Origin: Candidatus Hydrogenedentota bacterium
GTDB taxonomy: Bacteria > Hydrogenedentota > Hydrogenedentia > Hydrogenedentales > JAEUWI01
Length of the DNA stretch: 64,000 nt
Assembly: GCA_034669905.1 (NCBI GenBank)
Contig: JAXMOL010000001.1
Coordinates: 192,001-256,000 of the forward strand
Reading direction: 5' to 3'
Shown: piece by piece, positions 17,982 through 28,803 of the stretch
How the letters are laid out: each line of letters opens with the position of its first letter
Numbering within the stretch: position 1 is the stretch's first letter
The notes under the pieces: generated by a model
What the model saw: the letters and a program-made list of their open reading frames with translations, nothing else
Database searches by the model: none
Told to the model about the DNA's origin: nothing
Position numbers and translations under genes: made by a program

Positions 17982-18872
17982 TCATATGCGGCGTCGAGCG
18001 GCTTCCACCGTATTTTTCATGAGCATGGCAATGGTCATCGGACCTACACCACCGGGTACGGGCGTAATCGCGCGGGCCTTCTTACTCACATTCTTAAAAT
18101 CAACATCGCCCACGAGGCGACTACCGGACTTGCGGGTCTTGTCGGCAATACGATTAATGCCCACATCGATGACCACCACGCCCTCCTTCACCATGCGGCT
18201 CTTCACAAACTCGGGAATCCCAATGGCGGCCACGAGGATATCGGCCTGCTTGGTGATGGACGCGAGATTTTTTGTACGCGAGTGGCACACCGTCACGGTC
18301 GCGTTGCCACCGAGGGCCTTTTGCATCAAGAGGGCCGCTACGGGTTTGCCGACAATATTCGAGCGGCCCAGGACGACCACATGCTTGCCGGCCGGGTCAT
18401 AGCCGCTGCGCAGGAGCATCTCAATACAGCCTGCGGGTGTACAGGGCACAAAGCCCTTCTCACCGTTGAGCAATTTCCCGACATTGACCGGATGAAAGCC
18501 ATCCACATCCTTTGCAGGGTCAACCGCATTAAGCACCTTTTGTTCGTCGATATGCTTGGGCAGGGGCATCTGAACCAGGATCCCGTGGACCTTCGGGTCG
18601 CTGTTCAACTTGGCAATAATACCCAGCAGACGGCGTTCCGTGCAGGAAGCAGGCAAATCGTGGGCGTAGGAATTGATGCCCAGCTCTTCGCAGGTCCGAC
18701 GCTTACTGGCCACGTAAACCTGGCTGGCGGGGTCTTCGCCTACCAGGACGACGGCGAGCCCCGGCGTCCGTTTGGCCTTGGCAATTGCGGCGACATCGAC
18801 CTTCAATTCTGCCCGAATTTCCGCCGAGAGTGCTGTACCGGAGATAATCTTGGGTTTCCGAACTGAAGCCAT
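17982..18872 (-). CDS. folD: Methylenetetrahydrofolate dehydrogenase/cyclohydrolase
   Basis: YVASK, KDVDGFHP, PCTP, GRSNIVGKP, DVGINR, TPVPGGVGPMT. Confidence 0.97.
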   Translation of the reverse strand: MASVRKPKIISGTALSAEIRAELKVDVAAIAKAKRTPGLAVVLVGEDPASQVYVASKRRTCEELGINSYAHDLPASCTERRLLGIIAKLNSDPKVHGILVQMPLPKHIDEQKVLNAVDPAKDVDGFHPVNVGKLLNGEKGFVPCTPAGCIEMLLRSGYDPAGKHVVVLGRSNIVGKPVAALLMQKALGGNATVTVCHSRTKNLASITKQADILVAAIGIPEFVKSRMVKEGVVVIDVGINRIADKTRKSGSRLVGDVDFKNVSKKARAITPVPGGVGPMTIAMLMKNTVEAARRRI

Positions 18873-18972
18873 GTGAACCGTGTCCTTCCAAGGGGTGCGG
18901 GGGTGACAAATCATCGTAAACGCTACTATGAAAAGGAGATGGAGCACCTGGTCACCACTCCTGCCTGCGGCT

Positions 18973-19001
18973 ATTCTAGCGTGTAGGTACGTACAGTGCA
19001 A
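18973..19001 (-). promoter_or_regulatory. Candidate sigma70 promoter of folD
   Basis: TTGCAC-N17-TAGAAT. Confidence 0.6.
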
Positions 19002-19142
19002 AAAAACGGCTGTGATTACCCCGCACCTGCCCGCCGGAATACTTCCGACCAATCTGGCTCACCCGTGCAGGGGCTTTCCCTTTCCTGACCGATGCCGTAG
19101 TATAGACAAGATTCTAAGACCCGACCAAAAGGAAGCTCTCCG

Positions 19143-21512
19143 ATGCGCGCTGCGAAGGCCCTGTTGTTTTCGACCCTCACTGTGCTTTGTTCCCTGGCCC
19201 ACAGCGCCGATGCATCGAAGGGCATTGTCCTGTGTCGAGATGGCCAACCCACGGCCACCCTCGTGCTGGGTGCCGACGCCACCCCGCAGGCACAGGAAGC
19301 GGCCCGGTCCCTCCAGACCTATCTCGCCCGCATCAGCGGGGCCACCCTGCCCATTGCGGCGGAAGGAGATGCCCTCACAGGCACCCGTGTCTTCATCGGA
19401 CCGAGCGCGACGGTGAGTGCCTTGGGCGTAAACATTCCCGCAGGGGTCACCTACCAGATGAAGGAAGAGGGATTTGTCATCAAGACGGTAGGCCAGGACC
19501 TGATCCTGGCGGGCAATGAAGACTGGAATTACCAGGGCACAACCTACGCCGTGTTCCATCTCCTGGAGCAACTGGGCTGTCGCTGGTTCTTTCCGGGGGA
19601 GTTCGGGGAGGTCATCCCTTCGAAGCCGTCCCTTACCGTGCCGCCTATGGACCTGGTCTCCCGCCCCGACTTTCGCTTTCGCAATCTCTGGTATGCCGGG
19701 TGGATGCCCGCCGAAGCGCCGGATCAGGAGCGGCTTCGCGTCTGGTATGCGCGCAACAAGTTGATGGGCCTGTCGATGAGCCTGCCGGGGGATGGCAGTA
19801 TCTCCCAGTTAGCCCCGGCGGCCACTTATTTCGAGTCTCACCCCCACCTCTATGCCCTGGGAAAGGATGGGGAACGTCACCAGGAAATGCTCTGCATGAC
19901 GGAGCCGGAGGCAGTGCGTATCGGGGTGGAAACCATTCTCACCTATTTCCGGGAACATCCCGATGCCTTTACCTTTGGCTTTGCCCCTCCGGATGGGTAC
20001 CCCCTCTGCTATTGTGAGCGCTGCACGGCGGCCCTGCCTGGCTTCATGGGGAAGGGCTATGGAGATCCCAGCCTGAGCGACCTGTGGTTCCGTTTCGCCA
20101 ACGCCGTGGCCACCGAAGTCTATAAAGAATTTCCCGAACGCTGGATCCTGACCAATGGCTATTCCAACCGGGTGCGCCTGCCCGAGAGCATCCGGGAATT
20201 CAGCCCCAACCTGGGCATTCAGTCGGCGGTCATCCAGGCGTGCAGCATCCACCGCATCGGCGACCCCAAATGCTGGCAGCGCCAGACCTACCAGCAAATC
20301 CTCAATCGCTGGACCGACGCCCTCGACTTCGTCTTTGTCTATGACTACGACCCGGGTAAGGCGGTGGACAATCTGCCCTTCCCCGCGCTTCACAACCTGC
20401 GCCATGACATGCCCTATTTCAAGGAGCGGGGCCTGGCGGGATTCTGGACGGAGGGCAGTAATTCGTGGATGGTCACCCACCTGAATTACTACGTGCGCGC
20501 CAAACTCATGTGGGATGTGGAAGCGGATGTGGACGCCCTCGTCCGGGATTATTGCGAGCACTTCTATGGACTGGCGGCCAAGCCCATGGAGCAGTATATC
20601 TGGACCCTGGAAGACGCCGTGGAATCCACGTCCATACACACGACCTGGGGGCGTCTCGTACCCTGGAAGACCATCCTCGCTCCCGTGCAGGATCGGCTGG
20701 AACGCCTGCTCCTAAAAGCCGAGTCCCGTGCAGAATCCCCGGTCTACGCGGCGCGGATTGCCATCATGCGGCAGGTTCACGATCACATGATGGCCTACGT
20801 GGCCATGGAATCCGCGCTGGAGGAAGCGGACTGGCAGGGCGCCATCGCCGCCATAGATCAGATGCTCGCCCTGCGCGATGCCGTGACGGCGGTGGAACCC
20901 GGACTCCTGCCCAACACCCCGGACTGGGCGAAAGATTTCCGCAGTACGATGGAGTGGCACCGCAATCTCTATGCGGGATTGGCTGCCAAGGCCGACGGTG
21001 CGGAGGGTGAATTGATTGGGGTATTGCCCCGGGAATGGTCCTTTAAGAAAGACCCAAAGGACCTGGGGGTGATTTACCAATGGTACCTGCCGGAAAACAC
21101 CATGGGTTGGGAACCCATCGACACCACCCGTTACTGGGAAGCCCAGGGACACGCCGATGAAACGGGCTGGGGCTATTGGGGTAAGGCCTGGTACCGCACC
21201 GCCTTTGACGTCCCGAAGGACCGTGCCGATGACACCGTCATGCTGACCATCGGGCCCGCCTACAATGGCGCCGACCACGACCGGGGTATCTGGGTGTGGG
21301 TCAATGGCCGCCTGGTCGATTGGGAGATGGACCGCCACCATCGCCTCGGTTACCACGATGTGCGCACACCCATCCATGTGGATATCACGGCGGACATGAA
21401 GCCGGGCGAAGAAAACACGGTGGCGGTGTTGGTACACACCAACACGCCCGGCCGAAACCCTCGGGGCGGTCTGCACGGGCGCTCGTTTCTCTGGACGCCA
21501 AAGGCGAATTAG
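19143..21512 (+). CDS. Secreted DUF4838-type protein with C-terminal sugar-binding-like domain
   Basis: Signal peptide; GTTYAVFHLLEQLGCRWF, PDFRFR, LCMTEP, AKLMWD; C-terminal WSFKKDP...GKAWYR...WVWVNG. Confidence 0.75.
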   Translation: MRAAKALLFSTLTVLCSLAHSADASKGIVLCRDGQPTATLVLGADATPQAQEAARSLQTYLARISGATLPIAAEGDALTGTRVFIGPSATVSALGVNIPAGVTYQMKEEGFVIKTVGQDLILAGNEDWNYQGTTYAVFHLLEQLGCRWFFPGEFGEVIPSKPSLTVPPMDLVSRPDFRFRNLWYAGWMPAEAPDQERLRVWYARNKLMGLSMSLPGDGSISQLAPAATYFESHPHLYALGKDGERHQEMLCMTEPEAVRIGVETILTYFREHPDAFTFGFAPPDGYPLCYCERCTAALPGFMGKGYGDPSLSDLWFRFANAVATEVYKEFPERWILTNGYSNRVRLPESIREFSPNLGIQSAVIQACSIHRIGDPKCWQRQTYQQILNRWTDALDFVFVYDYDPGKAVDNLPFPALHNLRHDMPYFKERGLAGFWTEGSNSWMVTHLNYYVRAKLMWDVEADVDALVRDYCEHFYGLAAKPMEQYIWTLEDAVESTSIHTTWGRLVPWKTILAPVQDRLERLLLKAESRAESPVYAARIAIMRQVHDHMMAYVAMESALEEADWQGAIAAIDQMLALRDAVTAVEPGLLPNTPDWAKDFRSTMEWHRNLYAGLAAKADGAEGELIGVLPREWSFKKDPKDLGVIYQWYLPENTMGWEPIDTTRYWEAQGHADETGWGYWGKAWYRTAFDVPKDRADDTVMLTIGPAYNGADHDRGIWVWVNGRLVDWEMDRHHRLGYHDVRTPIHVDITADMKPGEENTVAVLVHTNTPGRNPRGGLHGRSFLWTPKAN

Positions 21513-21928
21513 GGACGGTATCGCGCCGATGAACGGGACCTACCCGAAGAGACGAGAACCTTACCGCACATGAGATGGATTCCTGAGGGACGACGCGCGT
21601 TTCTGTCCCGGAGGTGTTTGTGAAGGGCTCATCATCTCCAGATGAATTGGCTTCCACCCCGTGTGTGCGGAAGAGCCCACCGGGACATGTTGCCGCGTTG
21701 GGGTGCCCTTCGCTAATCCGACGCGGCTAAGGGTGGCACCAAGCTTCCACCCCTAAACAGCGTGTGTCGGCGGCAATACGTCCCTGAATAAAATCCCCTC
21801 ACTACTGTATTTATCACTGCGGCCCACTGGCCCCACGCCAATTTGAATACCTCAACCCACCACAGGTAGGGTTGCAGCGTTCCGGGCGGGTCCGGGAACA
21901 ACCGCCTCATCCAACAGGGGAGCACACT

Positions 21929-23149
21929 ATGCCGGTATATTCCTACCGTGCCGTCAATGGGGACGGAGAAGCCTTTGAAGACACTGTCGAAGCCATATCG
22001 GCCTACGACCTGACCCAGTCGCTGGAGGCCCAGGGACTTCGGGTCACGTCTATCGACTTTGCCGGCCAGGCACCGGGCACCATGGTCAATGCGAAACAAC
22101 TCAGCTGGGAGGAACTACGCCTCTTCACGGAGCAACTGGGGTCTATCGCACGCAGCGGCTATCCCCTCGTGCCCTCCCTGGCGGCCCTGTCGGACGAGTT
22201 GGAACAGCCCCGCCTCCGTGCCGCCACGGAACAACTCCAGAGCGATTTGGCACGGGGCACCTCGTTGGGGGAGGCCTTTCGCCATCAGGAGTCCCGTTTC
22301 CCACCCCTCTTTGGCGCACTGGTCCGTGCAGGCGAATTAACCGGTGACCTGCCCACCGTGCTCGACATGATGAACGATCATGCGACCCGCATGGCGTCGG
22401 TAAAACACCGCGTGAAGATGGCCCTGGCCTATCCCCTTTTACTCGCCATTTGTGCCGTTTCGGTCATCCTCTATCAACTACTCTATATCGTGCCGGTGTT
22501 TTCCGATATCTTTCTCGAAATGGGAGGCCCGCTACCGGTCCCCACCCAGTTTCTCCTCGTGGTATCGGATGTACTGCGCCATCATTGGTCCGTCGTATTG
22601 ATCGGTGCCGCCCTTGTCGCGCTGGGCCTTGTCGCTGTCTATGTGCTGCTGAAACGTCAACCGGAGGGCCGCCGCTTTCTGGACCGCTGCACGCTCTATT
22701 TCCCCGGCATTGGCATGGCCTATCAGGGCGTGGTACAGGCACGCTTCTGCCGTACCTTTGCGCTGCTCCTGGGGGCGCGCGTGCCCCTTATTGATGCCTT
22801 GCTTCTTTCCGGGACGGCTTCGGGAAGTGCGGTGCTGGAGAAGGCCGTGTCCCATGCCAGCGATGTGGTGGCCCAGGGCGGTCGGCTCGTGGACGGCCTG
22901 CGGGTATCCCGCTTTTTCGGGCCGAGCTTTTACTGGCTACTGGGTACGGCGGAAGAGCGGGGCCAGGTGGAATATGCGTTGAACAACCTCGCGGAAAGTG
23001 CAGAGCGGACGGTCCGCACCCGGGAACAATTGCTCGGTTCGGTCATTACGCCCGCCCTGACAATTTTTCTCGGGCTTATCATAGGTTTCATGGTCGTCGC
23101 CCTCTATATGCCCATCTTCACCTTGGGTGATCAGTTGGGGGTGAACTGA
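21929..23149 (+). CDS. GspF/PilC-family inner-membrane platform protein (A1)
   Basis: MPVYSYRA; FTEQL..IARSG.PL; AGELTGDL; ALAYP; ALYMPIF. Confidence 0.9.
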   Translation: MPVYSYRAVNGDGEAFEDTVEAISAYDLTQSLEAQGLRVTSIDFAGQAPGTMVNAKQLSWEELRLFTEQLGSIARSGYPLVPSLAALSDELEQPRLRAATEQLQSDLARGTSLGEAFRHQESRFPPLFGALVRAGELTGDLPTVLDMMNDHATRMASVKHRVKMALAYPLLLAICAVSVILYQLLYIVPVFSDIFLEMGGPLPVPTQFLLVVSDVLRHHWSVVLIGAALVALGLVAVYVLLKRQPEGRRFLDRCTLYFPGIGMAYQGVVQARFCRTFALLLGARVPLIDALLLSGTASGSAVLEKAVSHASDVVAQGGRLVDGLRVSRFFGPSFYWLLGTAEERGQVEYALNNLAESAERTVRTREQLLGSVITPALTIFLGLIIGFMVVALYMPIFTLGDQLGVN

Positions 23150-24582
23150 TGGCAACCTTACCTTCCTGGCGCTCCCTCTTTATTTTCGGCGAATGGCTTC
23201 GGCGCATGAATCGGGAGGGCAAGGGCGACTCCAACTATCCCCGGGCCGTCCTCAAGAAGGCGCGCAATCCCAAGTGGGAAGGCCCCTATTATTTCAATAC
23301 CAACCGCTGGCGACATGATCTCCTCCTCGTGCTGGAACAGGTGCGCCTCCATGTGAAGTCGAACGTGGCACTGGGACCCGCCTTTGCCATGGCCGCCCGG
23401 GACCACCTCGATACAGGACGGGGCCTGACGCCCCAGCATGTTTCCTATATGGCCAAGCTTGCGGGACTCGGCATCCTCCTCCTCATCAGTCTGGTGGGTG
23501 CCCTCGCGGCCCTGGCGGAAGGGGGGAGTGAAGCGCTGCCCGAACTACTGGAGCCGGGCATCATCGGCATCTGGCTTATCGCAGTGGCGCGCCATAGTGG
23601 CACAAAGCCCGTGGCGGTATTTGCGGCCCTGGAGGCCCACGCGGAACGGGGCCTTTCTCTCTCGGAATCCATGGCACGGCTGCCTCGCTTCTTCCCCAAA
23701 GACCTGGTGACCCTGGTGGCCACGGCCGAACGGACGGGAAAGCTCGATCCCGTTTTGGACAGCTTCAGCCAGGAAACCATCGTGCAGTGGACGGCCCAGC
23801 GGGCGCTTACGCGGGTCTACCGCTATCTGTACTTCGGGTTTATTGTACAGGCCAGTATCTTCGCCTTTATGGCGGTGAAGGTTTTGCCCGTCTACGAAGA
23901 GACGCTCCAGGAAACGGGGACAGCGATTGACCATCCCACGACCATCCCCGGCATTCCGCTGCCCCTCCCTTCCCTGACGGATCTCTATGGGGTGGCCAAC
24001 TTCGCCAGCGTGTACCGCTATCACATCGCCGGATTCTGCTGGCTGATTGCCTTCTGGTTCTGGATTCGCCCCCTGCGCACCCGACGCCATTGGGCCAGCC
24101 GCGTGGAGTCCACACTCCTCCTCGCTGTCCCCGGCATCCGGGGTATGGTGGCGCGGCAAAACCTCGGCACCATCGCCTTTCTGCTCCACCAACTCCTGCG
24201 CGCCGGAGTACCCCTCGAACGGGCGCTGGGTACAGTGGCCGAGGGGGATCTCCATCCCGTCTATCGCCGGTGGGTGGCCCATGTGCGCCAGGGCATCCTC
24301 AATGGCAAGAGTTTCCGGGACGCGTGCACCGGGTTTCGTATGGCCGCCCCCCTGCCCCGCTCCTTTCGGGCCATGGTCAGCATGGGCGAGTTACACGGCC
24401 ACATGGAAAAGGCCCTGGCCTATCTTGCCGAGCAATACCACGGTCAAGTGATACGACGTCAGCAATTGCTCCGGGCCAGCCTCCTTCCGCTGGGCGTTTT
24501 CCTGATGGGCTATTTTGTATTGGCCATCGAGGCGGCGGTCTTTCAGGCCCTGGTCGATTTGGCCGATGCCATGCTCGTGTGA
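23149..24582 (+). CDS. Atypical GspF-family protein (B1)
   Basis: G.SLSESM...FFP, AERTGKL, LLRAGVPL, GELHGHM; extra N-terminal PKWEGP..WRHD block. Confidence 0.75.
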   Translation: MATLPSWRSLFIFGEWLRRMNREGKGDSNYPRAVLKKARNPKWEGPYYFNTNRWRHDLLLVLEQVRLHVKSNVALGPAFAMAARDHLDTGRGLTPQHVSYMAKLAGLGILLLISLVGALAALAEGGSEALPELLEPGIIGIWLIAVARHSGTKPVAVFAALEAHAERGLSLSESMARLPRFFPKDLVTLVATAERTGKLDPVLDSFSQETIVQWTAQRALTRVYRYLYFGFIVQASIFAFMAVKVLPVYEETLQETGTAIDHPTTIPGIPLPLPSLTDLYGVANFASVYRYHIAGFCWLIAFWFWIRPLRTRRHWASRVESTLLLAVPGIRGMVARQNLGTIAFLLHQLLRAGVPLERALGTVAEGDLHPVYRRWVAHVRQGILNGKSFRDACTGFRMAAPLPRSFRAMVSMGELHGHMEKALAYLAEQYHGQVIRRQQLLRASLLPLGVFLMGYFVLAIEAAVFQALVDLADAMLV

Positions 24583-24643
24583 TCGTTTTGCACCGCCCAG
24601 GCCATTATCCCGACAGGTGTCGAATGGACCAAGGGAACAGACT

Positions 24644-25861
24644 ATGACCAAATTTGTATATCGGGCGTTGGACCCCCACGGTAACGCCGTCGAAGATACG
24701 ATGGATGCGCCGTCGGCCCATGCCGCCACGCGAAAGCTGCAGGAACGGGGCCTCACGGTGAATTCCGTCGAAGAGGCCTTCCCCGAGAAAGGGCTGCTCC
24801 GGGTTTCCGGACGGCTCCATTGGGAAGATCTCCAGCTCCTCTCCGAGCAGTTGGCTTCCATCATTCGCAGCGGGCTACCTTTGGTGCCGTCCCTGCAGGC
24901 CCTCGCCAAGGATCTCCGCCACCCCCGGCTCAAGCCCGTGCTCGAAGGATTGCACCAGGACCTCGACCGGGGCATCGCGCTGGAGGATGCCATCGCCCGT
25001 CAGCATGACCACTTCCCCCCCATGTACCCGGTCCTGATTCGTGCCGGGGAGGCCTCGGGCGATCTGCCGGGCGTGCTGGGGCTCATCAGTGAGCATGCGA
25101 CCCGGATTGTGGACCTGAAACACCGGGTGCAGGCGGCCATGGTCTATCCCCTGATACTGGCCGTCATCTCGCTGACTATCCTGACCTTCCTTCTGGTAAA
25201 GGTCGTGCCCGTCTTTGAGAGCATATTCGCGGAACTGGGAGGCTCTCTTCCGGCACCCACGCGGTTGCTGGTGACCTTGAGCCACGGGGTGCAGAGCGCC
25301 GGCCCCACCATCGCCATCGCCGTCCTGATTGCCCTCATCGGAGGGGTGGTGCTGTGGAGCCGACTCCTGCGCTCCCAACGGGGCCGTTGCCAACTGGAAC
25401 TCTTCCGACTCTACGCACCGTGGGTTGGTCCGGCGTATCACGTGGCCGTGCAGGCCCGTTTCTTCCGTATGATGTCCCTCCTGCTGGCTTCCCGCGTCCC
25501 CGTATTGGATGCCATCGAGCTGTCCGCCGCCGGCTCCGGCAGTGCTGTGTTGGAGCGGGCCAGCGAAGAATCCGTTCTCAGCGTGGCCGCAGGCGAAAAT
25601 CTCTCCGATGCCCTGAAGGGCACCGGATTCTTTGGCCACGATGCCCTGTGGCTCATGGCAACCAGTGAAGCCCGGGGGCGCATCGACGAGGCCTTCGAAA
25701 GTCTGGCCAACCGCTATGAGCGGGAGGTGGCGACCCAGGATCAGATGGCGGGCGCGGTGCTGGGACCGGCTTTTGTCATCGGACTGGGCTGCATGGTGGC
25801 CTTCATCGCCATATCGCTTTACTTACCCATCTTCACGCTGGGCGACCAGATTAATGGATAG
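24644..25861 (+). CDS. GspF/PilC-family protein (A2), paralog of 21929-23149
   Basis: MTKFVYRA; EQLASIIRSGLPL; AGEASGDL; SLYLPIFTLGDQ. Confidence 0.9.
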   Translation: MTKFVYRALDPHGNAVEDTMDAPSAHAATRKLQERGLTVNSVEEAFPEKGLLRVSGRLHWEDLQLLSEQLASIIRSGLPLVPSLQALAKDLRHPRLKPVLEGLHQDLDRGIALEDAIARQHDHFPPMYPVLIRAGEASGDLPGVLGLISEHATRIVDLKHRVQAAMVYPLILAVISLTILTFLLVKVVPVFESIFAELGGSLPAPTRLLVTLSHGVQSAGPTIAIAVLIALIGGVVLWSRLLRSQRGRCQLELFRLYAPWVGPAYHVAVQARFFRMMSLLLASRVPVLDAIELSAAGSGSAVLERASEESVLSVAAGENLSDALKGTGFFGHDALWLMATSEARGRIDEAFESLANRYEREVATQDQMAGAVLGPAFVIGLGCMVAFIAISLYLPIFTLGDQING

Positions 25862-25864
25862 GCC

Positions 25865-27370
25865 ATGAACTGGAAAAAACTCCTGACATCCAACCTGGGC
25901 CAGCTCTTCTCCCGCAAAAGCGAAGAGGATGTGTTGCCCTCGACCCCGCGCTATTTCTGGAGCGTCTTGCTCGACTTCGTGCTGCGACGTACGCCCCGAG
26001 ACGTGGCCGATGCGTTGGACACGATTCCCTACCCCACCTCGCTCGTCCGGAAAGTTGGGAACCCCCGTTGGCGGGGTCCCGTCTATCGCAGTGGGCGCGC
26101 GTGGCGGCACGACGTGCTGTCGGTGGCGGAGTATATCCGCAGCCTCATAGCCAGCAATGTGCCACTGGCGGAGGGGATGGCGGCGGCCGCCCAGGAGGAA
26201 TACCGCAAGCGCACCCGTTGGACACCCCAGCAAATGACCCGTCTCAGCACCGTGCTTATGCTGCTCGTGGCGGGGGTCTTTTTCGCCGTCAACATCGCGC
26301 AGAACATCAACGGGCTCGCCAGCCTTTCCACCGTGTTGCAGGCCGTCATTCTGGTGGGGCTCGTCCTCCTGTTGGTTCGGCACTTGTTCCTTTCCAAAAA
26401 TCGCCGACTCGCGGTATTTCTTGCCCTCCAGACCCGTCTCGATGCCGGTGCGGGTATTGCCGAGGCCATGGAAAGCCTCCCCCGTTTTTTCCCCCGGCAT
26501 TTAGCCGACCTGGTGCGGGTGGGTGAAGAGACGGGCGAGCTCGATGACGCCTTTGCACAGTTCAACGGCACGACCCTCCGCGCTATGGAGCGCCACCGCC
26601 AATTGCACTGGGTCCTCCGTTACCTGGGTGCCGTGGTGATGTTGCAAGGCCTGATTCTGGTCTTCCTGGGCATCAAGGTCTTGCCCGTCTTCATCGAGAT
26701 CACCGAAGAAATTTACGAAGACCATAGCACCGCCGTGGAGACACCCACCTACCTGAATACGGCGTATGGAGCCGCTTCCCTGGTCGATCATGCCATCTAT
26801 CACTGGCCTCAATGGGCCATGGGCGGGGCCGTCTTCCTCCTCTGTTTTGCCGCGCTGCGCTTTCGGAGTCGCCGGGGCTGGGCCAGTGGTCCGGCCGCCT
26901 TCCCCCTCCTCTTTGTGCCGTGGATTCGGGGGCTCATCGTGCGACAGAATCTTTCACAGATCGCCCTCATGCTCCATGGGCTCCTCCGCTGTGGGGTCCC
27001 CCTGGACCGTGCCCTGGGCATGTGTAGCAGTACGGACGTCCATCCGGCCTACCGGGATTGGTTATCGGCGCTCCGCGAATCCCTCCGGGGTGGGGCGTCC
27101 TTACGGGAAGGCCTGGCGCATACACGGCGGAAGGGCCTGATCCCCGACACCTTTGTGGGGCAAGTGGAAGCCGGTGAATACTCGGGGCAACTTCCCACCA
27201 TGCTGGAACGGATTTCCACCATTTATGCCATGGAGGCGGAGAAACGAATGCAGATACTGGTGGCCATTGTGTTGCCGGTGGGTATCCTGTGCCTGGGTTA
27301 TATCACGGCTTCGGCTCAGATACTGGCCTTTCAATTACTCATCGGGCTTGCCGAATCGCTCTTGGTTTAG
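25865..27370 (+). CDS. Atypical GspF-family protein (B2), paralog of 23149-24582
   Basis: PRWRGP..WRHD block; LPRFFP; GEETGEL; GEYSGQL. Confidence 0.75.
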   Translation: MNWKKLLTSNLGQLFSRKSEEDVLPSTPRYFWSVLLDFVLRRTPRDVADALDTIPYPTSLVRKVGNPRWRGPVYRSGRAWRHDVLSVAEYIRSLIASNVPLAEGMAAAAQEEYRKRTRWTPQQMTRLSTVLMLLVAGVFFAVNIAQNINGLASLSTVLQAVILVGLVLLLVRHLFLSKNRRLAVFLALQTRLDAGAGIAEAMESLPRFFPRHLADLVRVGEETGELDDAFAQFNGTTLRAMERHRQLHWVLRYLGAVVMLQGLILVFLGIKVLPVFIEITEEIYEDHSTAVETPTYLNTAYGAASLVDHAIYHWPQWAMGGAVFLLCFAALRFRSRRGWASGPAAFPLLFVPWIRGLIVRQNLSQIALMLHGLLRCGVPLDRALGMCSSTDVHPAYRDWLSALRESLRGGASLREGLAHTRRKGLIPDTFVGQVEAGEYSGQLPTMLERISTIYAMEAEKRMQILVAIVLPVGILCLGYITASAQILAFQLLIGLAESLLV

Positions 27371-27419
27371 CGGCCCCGAGGCACTTGAATGCCGGAAGCC
27401 TATTGAAGGATTACAACGC

Positions 27420-27821
27420 GTGCAACAGAAGCAAAACAAGAATCGGGGATTCACCCTGCTGGAATTGACCTGCGCCCTCTTCATCATTACGGTGGCGGGT
27501 TTTGGGACGATCCAGCTCTACAACGTGGGAGTCAATAAAATCCTGGTCATGCAGGAGCTCGACGTGGCATCGGAATTGCTCCGCAATGAGATGGAAGCCC
27601 TTCGCGCCCGGCCCTTCGACACCGTCACGTCGGGAGACACCTTGGCCAATCCATCGGCGGCCCTCACCGCCCTGCACCGTCCGGAGGCGACGGTAGAGGT
27701 GGTCGAGCTGGCGCCCGGCCTGAAGGAAGTCTCCGTCACCCTGAAATGGCAGTCCCGCCATGGTCGGTGGATTGAGCGGGCCCTGGTGACACGGGTCGCC
27801 CGGAAGGGAGAAGGCGCATGA
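27420..27821 (+). CDS. Prepilin-type protein (minor pilin/pseudopilin, PilV/GspI-like)
   Basis: GTG start after GAAGGA; RG|FTLLE class III cleavage motif. Confidence 0.85.
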   Translation: MQQKQNKNRGFTLLELTCALFIITVAGFGTIQLYNVGVNKILVMQELDVASELLRNEMEALRARPFDTVTSGDTLANPSAALTALHRPEATVEVVELAPGLKEVSVTLKWQSRHGRWIERALVTRVARKGEGA

Positions 27822-28375
27822 AACGACGCATGGGAGCTTGCCCGGGCTATTCACTGCTGGAACTGCTGGTCTACTTGACAGTGCTCGCCATCGGCATCAA
27901 TCTCTTTATCTCGGCTATGGGCACGGGCTCACGGCTTTCGGCCACGACCACCCTCCAGATGGGCCGCCTGGAAGGTATCCGCGAGGTACAACAGACGTTT
28001 GTGCACTACGTGCGCCGGGCAGCGACCGTAGTCCCTTCTATCGGGCGCTACCGCACCGGCGATTCGGTGGTCGTGCTGAAAATGCCCGCCCTGCAACCCG
28101 AAGGCTTTGACTATCTGGTAGTCGGTGCCGTGCAACGACCCGACGCCTTCACGGTGTTGGGATTGACACAGATCGACGGCCAATGGCAGGAGACCTATAT
28201 GAAAACCCTGCGACAAGCCCTGGGACAGCAGACCTTCACGGTACGTGAGGACGGCCCGCGTCCCCTGATCCAGATGACGGTGCAGGTCAAGCAGGAGACC
28301 GGCGAACGGGAGCGGCCCTTTCTCGTACACAGCTGCCATGCCACGCCCCGGGGCTACGGGAGCGCCACCCCATGA
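27818..28375 (+). CDS. Prepilin-type protein (PilW/GspJ-like)
   Basis: G|YSLLELL; ATGA overlap with the previous gene. Confidence 0.8.
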   Translation: MKRRMGACPGYSLLELLVYLTVLAIGINLFISAMGTGSRLSATTTLQMGRLEGIREVQQTFVHYVRRAATVVPSIGRYRTGDSVVVLKMPALQPEGFDYLVVGAVQRPDAFTVLGLTQIDGQWQETYMKTLRQALGQQTFTVREDGPRPLIQMTVQVKQETGERERPFLVHSCHATPRGYGSATP

Positions 28376-28803
28376 AGCAGCGAACGCGAAACGAGGGAAC
28401 AGCACTCATCTTTGCGATTATGGTCCTCGCCATTCTGAGCATCGGCACATCGGTGTTGTGGAAGCAACTGCATCAAAACCTGGAACAACACCGCATGGCC
28501 TGGCATCAGGAACAGGTATTCCTGGTCGCGGAAGCAGGATTGGATACGGCCATCGCCCGCTTACGACAACCCAACGCGAACTACGCCGGGGAAGAGGACG
28601 TGGTGGTCGGGCCGGGTCGCTTCACGGTGGTGGTGACGCCCGATGGCGCAGCGAGGAGTTATCGCCTGCGTTCAACGGCACGGCTGGACCACGTGACGTC
28701 TCGCTATAGCGCGGTCACCCTCGCGGCTACCCTGCGACTTTCCCCCACGGGAGAGGTTATCGCCTACGCCTGGCACATTGATCGAGAAGGAGGGGCCTCA
28801 TGA
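28372..28803 (+). CDS. PilX/GspK-like minor pilin
   Basis: G|TALIF lacking E5, as is typical of K/X pilins; AEAG motif; ATGA overlap. Confidence 0.75.
   Translation: MKQRTRNEGTALIFAIMVLAILSIGTSVLWKQLHQNLEQHRMAWHQEQVFLVAEAGLDTAIARLRQPNANYAGEEDVVVGPGRFTVVVTPDGAARSYRLRSTARLDHVTSRYSAVTLAATLRLSPTGEVIAYAWHIDREGGAS

Noticed and set aside
18873..18972. Riboswitch (ZTP or THF) upstream of folD
   Set aside because: Only a short GGAG...CTCC hairpin; no recognisable aptamer consensus
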